DNA of 59,112 bases, filler included, from Platydemus manokwari (Eukaryota), in the NCBI GenBank assembly GCA_037951405.1. It is 6 parts of 6 records of this genome, joined end to end, with 100 filler letters (N's around TTAATTAATTAA, not from the genome) between each part and the next. Parts side by side here need not be neighbours in the genome. Positions count along the whole stretch, not along the records: positions 1 to 9,511 come from JBBMOY011238875.1; positions 9,612 to 18,758 come from JBBMOY011292540.1; 4 more parts are not named here. One strand, 5' to 3'. Made by a program: the position numbers and the translations under genes. The notes beneath the pieces were generated by a model, which made no database searches, was not told the DNA's origin, and was given only the letters and a program-made list of their open reading frames with translations. Shown here piece after piece: positions 1-12,410 of this stretch. Positions within the stretch are counted from its first letter, which is position 1, and every line of letters begins with the position of its first letter.

Positions 1-2135
1 GACAAGCTTGTATGATTATGTAGGTGTGTCAATGATTAAATTGCTAAAACAAGGGTTTCAAGGTACGAAATCGTTTTCTTTTTCAAGATTTTGTCTTCAC
101 TCAACAATATCAATATTTCAAACTGGTTTTTCTCGAAAATTCCAAAGGTTATCAAAAGATAAAAAATACATGCTGATTAAATAAATGTTAATGCAATAAA
201 AATTAATGCACATTTCATACTTAGTGTCATACAAGGTTATAAATATGCTTACAGTGTTACATATAGTCTTTTCCGATGTTAATTAATTTTTGGCCAAAAC
301 GTCAACATTTTAAGTGAAACTATTCTTTATGCTTGAGGCTTGTTTATGTTAATATAATAATAACGATTATTATTATTATATGACTGAGGATAACACTGTG
401 CTTGCATTGAACTAAATTAGAATTAAATAATTAGTTGAACAATATGTTCCAACGAGTGTCTTCTATTTTCAGATAAAAACTAAATATGTGCAAACTATTT
501 ATCGAAATTAGAAAGTTACATGTAAACATCAGTAACAATTGAATCAAACGAAAGATTGTTTTTCAATAACCAATGTGCCACGAAAGTGAGTTACCAGGAA
601 TCCGCAAGCGGACGGATAAGATAGTAGAAGAGATTTTTCAACACTGTCACGGATTATTTAAAACTTCATATTATGATCATATATGTTTAAAATTATTAAT
701 TAAAATGCAAAATATAACAACATAAGAACCTTACTCCCCTCAGTGTAGAGAAATTCACTTTAAATGGTCAATACCTCGGATTAAATTAATTATGACTGCG
801 ATATTGATTTCGTGGTTTTTGATTTAATGTGATTCTCCGCTTATGTCTCAATCAATTCTTGAAGTAATAGCAAATAGAAAGTGTGTTTTGATTTAACTCA
901 GAAAGTCCTTTGATGAAAATATGTCACGTATTTTCCATAGTGGAACAAGTGTGTTTTTCGATAAAATTCTGATCGCCTATTTTTACAAACCAGCCTTTGT
1001 AATGCATTGTTTGTATTTTATTCATTTCTTTTTCTTGTTATGTGATTTTAAATAATTATCTATTTTTTATCTATTATTAATTTATTATTTTTGTCTGTGC
1101 TTTTTTCTTCTTTCTCTCTTCTTTCACATAAATAATAATTAATTTAGAAACAATTAAATAATTATAACTATTAGCTTGAATAAGTAAACAATTAATAATA
1201 TTCTTAAAGATATCAATTATTCATTCATAAAATATCAATTCATAATCGAATGATTGACATCAATATCAAATGAAGTTAATAAAACATGTATTGATGTGTA
1301 ACTGTAAGGTGATTATGTGTTTTATTGTACAGTATACTGTTGTGTGATATTGTACACTGTGAGGTATACCAAACCTTTTTATAGAGAGACTTATCCCTCC
1401 ACCACCATTACAAATGATTAAGAATGCCTAGAAGATCATTTATTATATTATACAGAAAAAGTTGTCGGGTTTTGGGGCTTATAAACTCTTCTTAACAAGT
1501 GAGTTTGATTAAGGCTAATCTGATGTAAAATCAAATTAACCCTCTCGATTATCAGTCTATTTAAATTATCTAATAAATCAATAAATAATTCTACTTAACA
1601 AAATAATTATCCAATAAATCAAAAGTCGTATTAAATAGAAAGATCAACTATTGAAAAACAAATATACTACTTTAAAAATACTTTACAATTCAATAATAAT
1701 TTTAATTAATTAAACCAACCAAGACTCCTGAGATTAAAATATTTTCAAGCAAACAAATTTAACTCAAGCAATTTTATAGTATTGAGTGGCTGATTTGAAT
1801 TTGACGAAACTACCGATGTAACAAATAATATTTTAACAATACAGATTTTAAAATATGCTTTTTAATTCAATATTCTGATATTGTTGGTTCGTCTCCTCGA
1901 CAATCGTATAGCAAACGGTTGTTTGAAATTTAAATTTCAAGTTTAAGCTTTTATCGTCTAGATATTTGTAAGCGAAAAATTAAAATCATCCATAAAAAAT
2001 GTTTGATACATTATACAGTCGATTTTTTATAAAATCGATACATTAACAATTGATACACACAAAAAATCACAACATTTTAAAAATGTTACAATCAAATATT
2101 CACAATGAAATTATACAATCGAATTTTGAAGATGA

Positions 2136-2474
2136 TTATCAAACAACAATTTAAATCTGTATTAACGAAAATCATACCCCCAAAGTCTCAATAATAACAA
2201 TAACAAATCTCTGCGCGATTCACAAAGAAAATCATTCAAGATGGTATCAGCACCCGAAAGTCACAAACAGAATGAAGAGTAATCAAAAAACTGATTACTG
2301 AAATCACATATAAGCCAAACACTTAAGTTACCGATCAACAAAGACTTGTAGGAATCTATGGAGCTCAATGTCTTTTATAGACCTATCGAGTGTGTCTGCT
2401 TGATGTCACGGATCTTCGTTTTCAATTCGCTAAATTTGTTTGTGGATCAATTTATTTGAGATTTTCCTTATCTC
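2136..2474 (+). repeat. Left arm of a ~340-bp diverged inverted repeat (partner 4123-4472)
   Basis: Reverse complement of 4123-4472 aligns along the whole arm; 36-bp exact core TCTTTTATAGACCTATCGAGTGTGTCTGCTTGATGT at 2371-2406 matches 4192-4227 reversed. Confidence 0.85.
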
Positions 2475-4122
2475 TTTCGTGCCATTGGCCGATATTTGAG
2501 CTGGCTGCCGATTGTAGGTATGTGTCTGTCGATTCTTAGCTTCTAAGTATGTATTAACATAAGAACGAATCTGATTGGTTTAGGGCACGTTTGTTTATCG
2601 AGTCTATGTGCATAGACCATTTTTAGGTTTTTCTTTGGTTTTTGTGAGCCTTTTGTTTGATTTGTTATATACCCAACAGAAACATGAGCAAGCAAATAAC
2701 AAAAAATGGAAATAATCAACTGAAGAAAGATAGGTTACCGGGAATAAAGAAAAACATCACAGAAAAATAATAAAAATTAAACAAGTCGTCAGAGATAAAA
2801 TTTACATAATTTGTATTAATATGAGTTTTTCATTGGTTCTGATAATTGTTTTTTGATTATTTATATTGATTGTTGATAATATGGTATATTTATTCGAATC
2901 TTATCATCTATCAAAGCTGAGAATAAAGATTTAATAATAGAATCGTTTGTTTTAATCAATAAAATGAATTGTTCACAGAAAAAAAATACCATGAAGACAT
3001 AAAAATAGAATAAAAATTTTTCATGATGCAAAAATTTATGACCAATATTAAATACTTCAAATGATGTTTGTTTATTTTAAAATGATTATTAATAAACACA
3101 TGATAAATTATATTGACATTCATCTTCTTGTATACGGATGAAATTTTGAAATTAATGATTTCATTAAGAAGTTTTTCAGTCATAAGTGAATTTAATAAAA
3201 CAAATAATTTTAATACTCCATAATTGTTTAGAGATTAAAGAAATTTCTCTTTGTAGCTACAGTAAATTTTTTTACTGAAATTCAATATTATTCAATAACA
3301 ATGATAATAATAGAAACTTTTAATAATAATTTAATTAAATATTTCTTATTATTAATATCAAGATTCGTATTTTTTATCTTTAAAATTTTTACTCCAATTT
3401 TCGTAAACATTATCGATTCAAATTCAACAATCCACGAAATTCAGTTCGAGATCGAGAATTATAAAAATGATTCACTAATTAAGTCTTACAGTGATAAAGA
3501 ATGCATGATAAGTGTGCATATTTGGTGTTTATCTTTCGATAATGTCTTATTATTAATCTTCGGTTTGATTTTAAAGTTTATTTTCAATCTCTTAAAGTAC
3601 AAATATTTTCAATTTCAGTCCACGCATGTTTTTATAATTTAGATTAAACAGGATTTTCTTTTTTTTCCTTTCAGCTTATTTGATAATTTCGTAATTATTT
3701 CAATTCATAAAATAATTAAAACAACAAAAGCCAATAAATGTTAAAATACAATGCAACCCATTTGGCCCTGTTGATATTTTATAAATTCGAAAGGTTCTCC
3801 AATAGAGAATAAATAAATCAAAAATATAAGTGAGCCGAATTTGTGTATTTGGAAAACCATAATAATACTAATTAAAAGTGCCGGAAATAAAACAAAATTA
3901 CAAACCGCGCTAAGTAGTTTACATTACTAAAACATTATGCAGAAATTAGCGTAAAAGAAGATTTTCGACAATCAATTCAATAACTGTAAAAAGGATATTA
4001 TTTTGAATAATTTTTACTGTGAGGGATCATGAAGTTGTGTTATTATTGATTAGAATATCGTACAGCATCATATTATTCTTGATCTAGTTTTGTTCTTATA
4101 TAAATTTCCGTTATTGGTACTT

Positions 4123-4472
4123 GAGATATAAGAAAATCTCAAGTAAATCGATCCACGAGCAAATTAAGCAAATAAAAAACGAAGATTCTCCACATCAAGC
4201 AGACACACTCGATAGGTCTATAAAAGAGGTTTAGTTCCATGGAGATTTGCCAGTCTTTTTTGATCGGTAACTTGAGTGCTTAGCTTATCTTTGTGTGATT
4301 TTAGTAATCAGTCTTTTTGATTATTTTTCATTCTGTTTGTGACTTTCGGATGCTGATTCCGATTTGAATGATTTACTTTGTAAATTGTGAAAAGATTTGC
4401 TGTTGTTGTTGAGACTTTGAGTGTAATATTTTAGTTAATGCATATTTTCAGTTCTAAATTGTTGATTGATAA
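4123..4472 (-). repeat. Right arm of the ~340-bp diverged inverted repeat (partner 2136-2474)
   Basis: Colinear inverted match to 2136-2474 with scattered substitutions and indels. Confidence 0.85.
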
Positions 4473-4833
4473 CCCAACATTTGAAAAAATTGAATTCCAC
4501 TTTTCTGAATATAAAATGGTTTGAAGTTCACATTTAGCGCATTTGACTTTAAATCTTATAAAAGAACGGAATTTCTAATGATGAATGTTTGGTTGCAGTG
4601 TTGATATTTTTTCAATCCACATTTCGATGAAATTGTTAATAATATGGAGACGATATAATTGACATCTTGTTTCACTCAATAAATGTAACGATGTTTTTCA
4701 TAACAGTTTTTTGTGGGGTGCTTTAAGTCTCATGGATTTTCGTATGAAAGCGATTTCCTATTGAAACATCTTCCAACAATCGATTGCTTTTGTAGTGGTT
4801 GTATTGATTGTGAAAATTTCTGTTAGAATAATA

Positions 4834-5417
4834 GGCTTAAGTTAAGAAAAAAGGTTCTTTGACCTATTTTTGTGATAATAAATTTTCGTGTATGAGATAA
4901 TTTTGTAACTTAATTTTATATATAATTGCGATGTTTGATTTATTCATATGATTCAGTTAAAATCTCACTTTTTAAGATGTCAAATAGTGACAAAATATTG
5001 TTTTCAAACCAAGTTCCCATTCTCATCACAATACTTCTATATGATTATTTGAGATTTTAAATTTCATTTTTTATAATTATAAATCGAGTTAGCTAATTAC
5101 AGATATGTTTAATAATATCATTGGTTATTTTTATAAAATAATTGTAAAAATTGAGAATACATCTTAATTTACTTCTAATGTTAAAGGGGGTCCTCTCTAA
5201 TTTTCGATAAATTACAATTCGGCCTACTTTTTTCATTTTTTCAAATAATTAAATTTTAGGAGATTTTTAAGCTCTTGTTTTAATATTTGATTTTAAGAAA
5301 CTTAAATAAAAAATTCGAGATGTTTTTAAAGAATTTAATTAAATCAACTATATAGATTTTTGCAACACACTCAGCAAATTAAAAATTTTATTTTTGGTTC
5401 TTTTTTTAACTTTTGTC
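4834..5417. mobile_element. Non-autonomous Merlin-type DNA transposon copy
   Basis: Left TIR GGCTTAAGTTAAGAAAAAAGGTTC and degenerate right TIR ...GGTTCTTTTTTTAACTTTTGTC. Subterminal TATAGATTTTTGCAACACACTC is shared with the copies at 25871 and 51727. Flanks GAATAATA/AAATAATC resemble an 8-bp TSD (6/8). Confidence 0.65.
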
Positions 5418-8332
5418 AAATAATCAATTAAAAACATATAACAAATTTTGAAGAAAAAAAACTGAATTTCCAAATGTTATATTTTTGACAACAACCATGG
5501 ATGCCAGTAAGAAAAAGTTAAAAACAATACCAAATCATAAAATCTTGCAAATGGTATGATAAAATGTTAACAATTTAAATAATTAGACACGATAAATATG
5601 AAATTATCTTTTATTAATCAATTAAATTGGAGATATAAATGAGATTTTTGATAAAATTTTCTCAGAACAAATATATTGAGGTATGAGATGAAAGCATAAT
5701 GGAATGCCAAATGCTCCATGTAAATAATAATAATAACAGTATTCCATCAATTCATACTGGCCATCGATATTTATGGTCACAAAGCAGATTGAGCGGATGA
5801 TTATTTAAATATCAAAATAAATCAAAACAATGATCTAAACAGGTTATTTGCAATTCGTTTTAGTCTATCAATTATGAAATATGGATTCTCTGAATTGATA
5901 AACAAACATTAATAATTTATAAGTGGTAAAAAAAAAAGTCATTTACCTTTGAAAACTTTAATGCAAATTATCTGTTTCTCTTTCTTGTAAGAAAAAATTC
6001 ACAGCCAAAATCTGCATAAAAATACCAATGTAAATAATACGGTTTTTTATTTTCAATGTGATGATTACATTTACAGAAAAGAAGCATTATCAATACGATT
6101 GCATTACATTTATTTCACAAGATTCACTGTCTCGAAAACACGTAGTGTTCTGTTTTTAATTGCGTTAATTAAATAGAAATTTCGTTACGAGTCCAATGAT
6201 TTTAAAAAGAAAAATTAATAATTGGACAAGACCTGATTCGATATTGGTACAGCTATTCGAATTTATTAACTGCTATATGTACTTATACATATATATTTAT
6301 TTCAGTTAAACAATGCGCAATTTTTATATTAATTAATTATCAGTTATTTTATTCGTCAGGTTATAAAATACAAATTAAAATTTTCAAGCTGAATCAAAAA
6401 ATTGTAAATTTATATTCTCGAACTGGTGAAAATTGATGTCTGATATGTAGAATTCAATAATATCAAACATTTTAAAAATAATAACAAATTTTAATAATAA
6501 TAACTGACTAAATCACTGTTATTATTTTTAGCAGAGACTTTGTTCTATGGTTTAAAGTTAATATTTAAAACTACAAATAATTGATTACGCAATAGATTTG
6601 TATAATAATTTAAAAGTTCATAGAAACAATGTACATTTAAAGGATTCAATTAACCAAACATTTTTATAGTTCTACTTAAGTTTTTCCAATGGCAATTATT
6701 TAGAATTTAATCGATCTCATTCGTTTTATCGATATTTTATGGAATGAACAGTAAAAAATTAAACTAATCAATTTATCAAGATCCTACGCATTTGGAATAA
6801 ATGTAATTCATCAATTAATCAAGTAATGTCGAGTGTTGATGTTATTACTGTCATTTAGATTTCTAAATGGGAAACTGCCTTTATCGTTTATGTTATTTTC
6901 CGATGAAATATAATTACTAATCAAATCCCAGCTATTATTTTACAAAACAAACCCTATTAGCAATAATTGTCCCATCATTCTTTTAATGTTGTGAGGAATT
7001 TTAAGTCAAATAAATTTTAAATGATCATTTTTAATATAAAAGATAATAGATAATTTGAATGATTATAATTAAACTCAATATTTTGATTACACAAACGCTT
7101 TTGGTTGAATTTGATAAATCTTTTCAATTCATGTTTAATGAGATAGTAGCAGATAACAAAGACATTAAATAATAAATTCAAATTTTAAAATCAATAATAA
7201 TTTTATATGGATTCATTTTTCAAAAGATGGAATAATCATTAGAAAGATCACCGGTCCCACGTGGATATGGAATAATCAAAAAATGAAAAATCCAAATTAA
7301 ACGACAAAGAATCCATACTGACTTCTGATATCAACTTTTGTTAAAATTTTTTATCAATATTTCAATTATTTGTGAAAAAGTTTTTGCTTCTGTATTCAAT
7401 TTAAATTCTGGGGTGTTCCCTTTTGTTCGGAAATGGTGAATTTTATTCTGCAATAAATTTATAAAAATTATTTAATTATCAAGTTAAATTTTGTGTTAGA
7501 CAGAAATAAAATATTTAAATAAATATAGGTTTAATAAGATTTTACTCGAGATCCTTAAATTTAAATCAAGATATGATTTTTTTTAATGTCCAATTTTCGA
7601 AAATATATTTGATTGATTGTTCTCTTTTCTCTGATATTAGTATTATTATATATGTGGGCTAAGAGTCAAATCTACAATTCTCGATTATCAGGAATTTAAA
7701 CCCATAGAGCGCCTCAGAGTGACAGAAATTACAGCTTCCTTGTCACACTATTAATGGATAATAACATTGATAATAATTTAATGGTGGATATTTTAGATTT
7801 ATTATTAATGTTATATATATATATATATTCAAAATTCTGTCTGTATAAAAGAAAATCTATCAAATATTTGTTATTATTTGTTATTATTTGATACAATTTT
7901 ATTTGATTTTTATGTCCAGAAGTCACATGAAAATTTAAGTTAGAAAATATTGGTAAAAATTTAAATGATAAAAAACAAATTCAATAAAAATAATTCCACT
8001 TTTCAAAGCATGAAAATTTAATTTCTCAGCTAGCTGACATTTTTTCCACAATGCAGTGGTGTCACTACTACTTTATAAACTAAATTTAAATTTATTAGAA
8101 TTTATTGAAAGTGAATATGTGATAAATTACGCAGTTCTTTTTGTGATCTGCAAAATCAAGATTGTTTGAGTATCATTTGAATACAAAAACTGGCTAAGAC
8201 CGTGTAACTAACATCTCAGTCAATCACTTGTTTATACTAATCATAGTCTCGTTTATTTTATAATTAATAATAATAATAATAATTTTAATGATAATTATAG
8301 TCCGCAATAGAGTTACCTGAATATAATCTATA

Positions 8333-8696
8333 TCATGAAAGATTTGCTAATCTGCGATCTTCCTGTTCAGGTATCTGGGAAAAAAAGTTATGCATTGTGA
8401 TTAAATTTACAGTAATTCTTACAGTATTAAAATAATTACAACGCCGTCCTGCGTAGCCGATGTGACATCTGTGAAAGATTTAATTATTATTCATTGCAAT
8501 TTGTGTATACTTACTGGCAGGAAATTTTGTCTTCATTACAAGTTCCATAAACACAGAAATTTGGCTGGCCATTGCCTGTTTACAAATAGATTAGAATATT
8601 TATAATTTAATTCCATTTATATTATACGAAAAAAAGCAAGATATTTTACAAGGAAATATCAAAGAATTTAACAATACAAAACACTCTTTAAACCTT
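8333..8696 (-). CDS. Small spliced EGF-domain protein (EGF/neuregulin-ligand-like), 3' exons; 5' end unresolved
   Basis: Exons 8575-8515, 8468-8423 and 8374-8333 are joined by 46- and 48-bp GT-AG introns with matching phases. With a phase-1 upstream exon ending in T (e.g. donor GTAAAA at 8649) they give C-NGQPNF-C-VYGT-C-NEDKIS-C-Q-C-HIGYAGRR-C-NYFNTIPEQEDRRLANLS*, a six-Cys EGF motif with GYxGxRC. Candidate upstream exons extend to ~8875. Confidence 0.8.
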
Positions 8697-9400
8697 CTAA
8701 TTATAAGCCATTGAAATTTTAGTATAAAATTAAAAAAAAATTTTCTTAAAATAAACTTAAGCGATGAATATCGAGAATTCTAGTAGTAATACTAAAATTA
8801 TTATAAAGTTTTCTTTTCAACGGTATTAATGTTAAGATGCGTCATATTGTTAGATGTTTTCGTCCTTAGCTGAACTATAAACAATGAAAATGTAATTTTT
8901 AAAATATTTTTTAATAAAAAATATGTGAATCGTTCTGTATTCATGCTAATACTACTCTATGAATACTAGAAAGGATGTTACGTAAGTTTCGGTGATATTT
9001 GTTGGTTGGTTATCTTATTTGTTAAATTTAAAAACCTCTGAAAGCTCTCCAAATAACCTGGTTTAGAGATTGATGATTTATCATTAATGTCTAATTTTTT
9101 TAAATTTGAATAAAAAGTTTTTGGTAAAATTTTGGATAATTTATTTTTTATTGTTAATATAGATGTAATATCATATAATATAATGTATAATTCATGATCT
9201 TAGAACTCAGAATGAATTGATGTCATGGAATCCAGCTGAACAATATTAGATCGTTTCGAAATTAATTTCAAATTATTATATAAAAAATGATTCTTGTAAA
9301 ATCAAACTAATAAGCACTTTTGAAAGTTATGATAAACAGTAATAAAATCATAATAACATAATTTAATTTTTAGGTATATCAATCAACTCATATGAAGTAC

Positions 9401-9511
9401 TGTAAGCCACTACTATTTTATTAAACACGCATCGAAAACGAACTGAAAAGTCACGACATCAAATTATATATTGAAAAACAATTATTTAAACAAACTAATA
9501 TAATTTTATTT
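9401..9511 (+). mobile_element. 5' part of an LTR of the same family as the solo LTR at 26827 (cut by gap)
   Basis: Starts TGTAAGCCACTACT...CGCATCGAAAACGAACTGAAAAG, matching 26827 and 50316. Confidence 0.6.
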
Positions 9512-9611
9512 NNNNNNNNNNNNNNNNNNNNNNNNNNNNNNNNNNNNNNNNNNNNTTAATTAATTAANNNNNNNNNNNNNNNNNNNNNNNNNNNNNNNNN
9601 NNNNNNNNNNN
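9512..9611. other. Scaffold gap with artificial TTAATTAATTAA linker (also 18759-18858, 28763-28862, 37700-37799, 49836-49935; plain 10-N gap 37423-37432)
   Basis: Identical 100-bp N-TTAATTAATTAA-N blocks; the linker gives stop codons in all six frames. Confidence 0.95.
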
Positions 9612-10865
9612 GACACTTTTAAAATCAAAAAGACACTTTTAAAATCAAAAAAGACACTTTACTCCTGAAAATGGTATATATATATATAATTATTATTATA
9701 AATATTAATATTTCAGAAGAGTTTTTGCTCAAAAATCCAAGAGAAGTAAAATCATAAAAATACATGCAAAATTAAATCAAAATTAATACAATAAAAATAA
9801 ATACGCATTTTATACGTATTGGCATGCAAATTGTATATACAAATATTTTTCAATGTAAATTAATAGTTTTAAGTAAATAGTTGGGCCAGAACCCCAACAC
9901 ACTTACTATATTTATTTAAACAAATTTGTGATATTAATTTATAAAATTTTTAAAATTTAAATTTAAAAATCCCCACAATAATAAATAGTGTTTATTTAAT
10001 TATTTATTTATTTTTTATAATCTCCTTGTAATTGTATCTCTGAAAAGTTTTCTTGAATGTAAACACTTATTTGATTCTGTAACTACTCTATCTGAGTGTT
10101 GGTGCAGGAATATAACATTGATGTATAATCAATGATATTAACAAGAATAATGAATGAGAATACAATAAATAAAATATTAGATTAATATTCAATAAATTAA
10201 AGATCAAAGAACCGTATAATTAACAACCGGTCGATAACAATTACGATAATATATGGCAGCAGTTCGAATCTACATGTTATTCTCGAAAAAACAACGATCG
10301 AAATTCAGTAGCGAATTAACCAGAACTATTGATAAAGTAATATATGATATCGCCGACACAGTGATTAACATAATCTAGTCTACCATAACCATCTATCGAC
10401 ATTTGTGAGTAATTATCTGACATTCAAAAATTAATGACGATAATTATCGGTCACCAGTTGACGAAAAATAATTATTTATTATCGTTTAGCAGTCACTTGT
10501 CTCAGTATAAAAATAACAAGGAGTAAAAATAATAATATCCCATATACGCACATTAATTAACCCTATTTATAAATGTGCTTGTATTCATATTCCCAATATA
10601 TTCCCATAAATTCACAATGAATATCCCAACAAATTTTTAAAAAGTTTTGTACTTTTTTTGAATAATAATTAAGCTAACAATGTTGGTTGATGTTGAAAAA
10701 TTTGGAGAATTAATAGATGTTTAGCGACCAATTTGGTAATTCTATCCCACCTCAAAGAAAACGCCCAATAATTATCAAATTACTATTTTAAAAAGAATAT
10801 AGACGAAAATAATTTTATATTATCGTTATACTATTTAGTCTAATTCAAGTCTGAAAAGGAAAAAA

Positions 10866-11683
10866 ATGGAAAAACATGAATTACAAGAAAGCAAAGTAAG
10901 AAATTGTGTAATTATTCGATAATAATAACCAATTATTATTTTTAATACCACCATCATTTTCCACATTTACACAATATCGTGATATTATTATTTCATTAGT
11001 AGTATTATTATCATTGATATTATTATTACTCGTGACTTCTGAAAATCAAGAATGTTCTCTTGACAATTTTGATATCAAATATAAAATATGGAAAAAATTA
11101 TCAGTTATGGTAATTTTCAAATGACAGGCTATAGAGTCTTCAAGCTTGACTAAGAAAAAGATATTGGAATCTCTAACTATTGATATGCCATGTGACAATC
11201 TTTACATCGGAAGAACCCATCGATCAGATAGTAATATATCTGGGATTTCAGCATTATCCAATGGTCAAAGTAAGCAGATTGCTATTAACCCTACGGTCTC
11301 CTCAATTATTTTAAATGCAATTAAAACCAGTGCTTCTTCAACTCCAAAGCATAGAAGGTTTGTCAGACATTTTTATTACATCTGAATTAAACATAAATGC
11401 ATTCAATAGGGTTTCATCGTTAGCTCTAGATATTCTAACAGAGTCTGAGGACATTGATGTTCATCCATACGGAAGAGGAGGCATTTACGAAGGTTCTCTG
11501 TATGTAAGAAGGGAAAATGTTTTTGTAACTCCAGTAATGATTGCTCTGTGGGTAGTGTTTTTCAGTTTTTTGATTTTCGGTTCATTGGCCATAGTGTTTG
11601 TAGCAGGTGCTTATTCTATATATATAATTGAAGAAATAATTGTAGATATTCAAGAAATAATTAAAAAATTTCCTTTCGAGTAA
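10866..11683 (+). CDS. 174-aa uncharacterised protein with a C-terminal transmembrane segment (3 exons)
   Basis: Exons 10866-10895 (MEKHELQESK|GTAAGA), 11128-11269 (after GACAG; donor GTAAGC) and 11331-11683 (after CCAG) total 525 nt in frame, merging two overlapping track ORFs. Hydrophobic stretch VMIALWVVFFSFLIFGSLAIVFVAGAYSIYII. No family recognised. Confidence 0.65.
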
Positions 11684-12410
11684 TTTAGATGATTAAGATT
11701 CAATTTTGACAAAAAAAAATATTTACACAAAATGTTAATTGGATCCTATTTTTATAGTTTCATAAAATTTCCAAATTTAGTATTAAAGTAAATTCGTATT
11801 TTTGACTTTGTATTTAGTAAAAATGACATAGCAACGTCTGAATCAATAACCTTATCTTAATTTACAAGCAATTGAAAATTAAGATTAATATTTGATAGGA
11901 AACATTATTACGACGGACTAGTCAAATAAAAAAATTATTGCGGGTCTAAATCCATATGTGCGAATAATATCAATTGGCTCAAAATATGTTTAATAAAATA
12001 ATTCTATCTAATAAACTTATATTTTTTATTAATAAATTTGTTTGTATAATATTATCAGGAAATCCGCCTAATTGAAAGTTTCATAATATTTTTTTATTAT
12101 TAGAACGATCTACAAATTAAAATTGAAAATAAATGTTCAATCTATGTTTTAGTAATGCCTATTAATAAATTATAGTAATCTATTTATTTAAAAGATATTT
12201 TATAAAATAAACCTAAAATATTTGTTCAGAAATGTTTCGAAGAACTAACTCCACCCATGATATCAACTTCACAACTTGGAAATCCAAATGCCACTGAGAA
12301 GAAAACTGTCATCAACACAACACTAACAAACATCGAGTGTATTCAAATAAACAATACAACAGATAAAATCAATATTAAATGACTAAAAATATTTTCTTAA
12401 TTATTTATTT

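Noticed and set aside
735-1005. Minus-strand CSTMENT*HIFIKGLS plus GAGGGGAG, reminiscent of a Copia RNase H end and polypurine tract
   Set aside because: Too degenerate to support without a profile search.
2956-3642. Short ORFs rich in I/F/N/K (and most other 60-110-aa track ORFs)
   Set aside because: Composition expected from AT-rich non-coding DNA, or antisense shadows of real exons and transposons; no motifs.
9512-9611. Recurring TTAATTAATTAA palindromes inside N runs
   Set aside because: Artificial scaffold linker, not biology; it also means order and distance across gaps are uncertain.
9612-9660. ~20-bp tandem repeat GACACTTTTAAAATCAAAAA
   Set aside because: Only about 2.4 copies, no spacers, at a contig edge; not CRISPR-like and possibly an assembly artefact.
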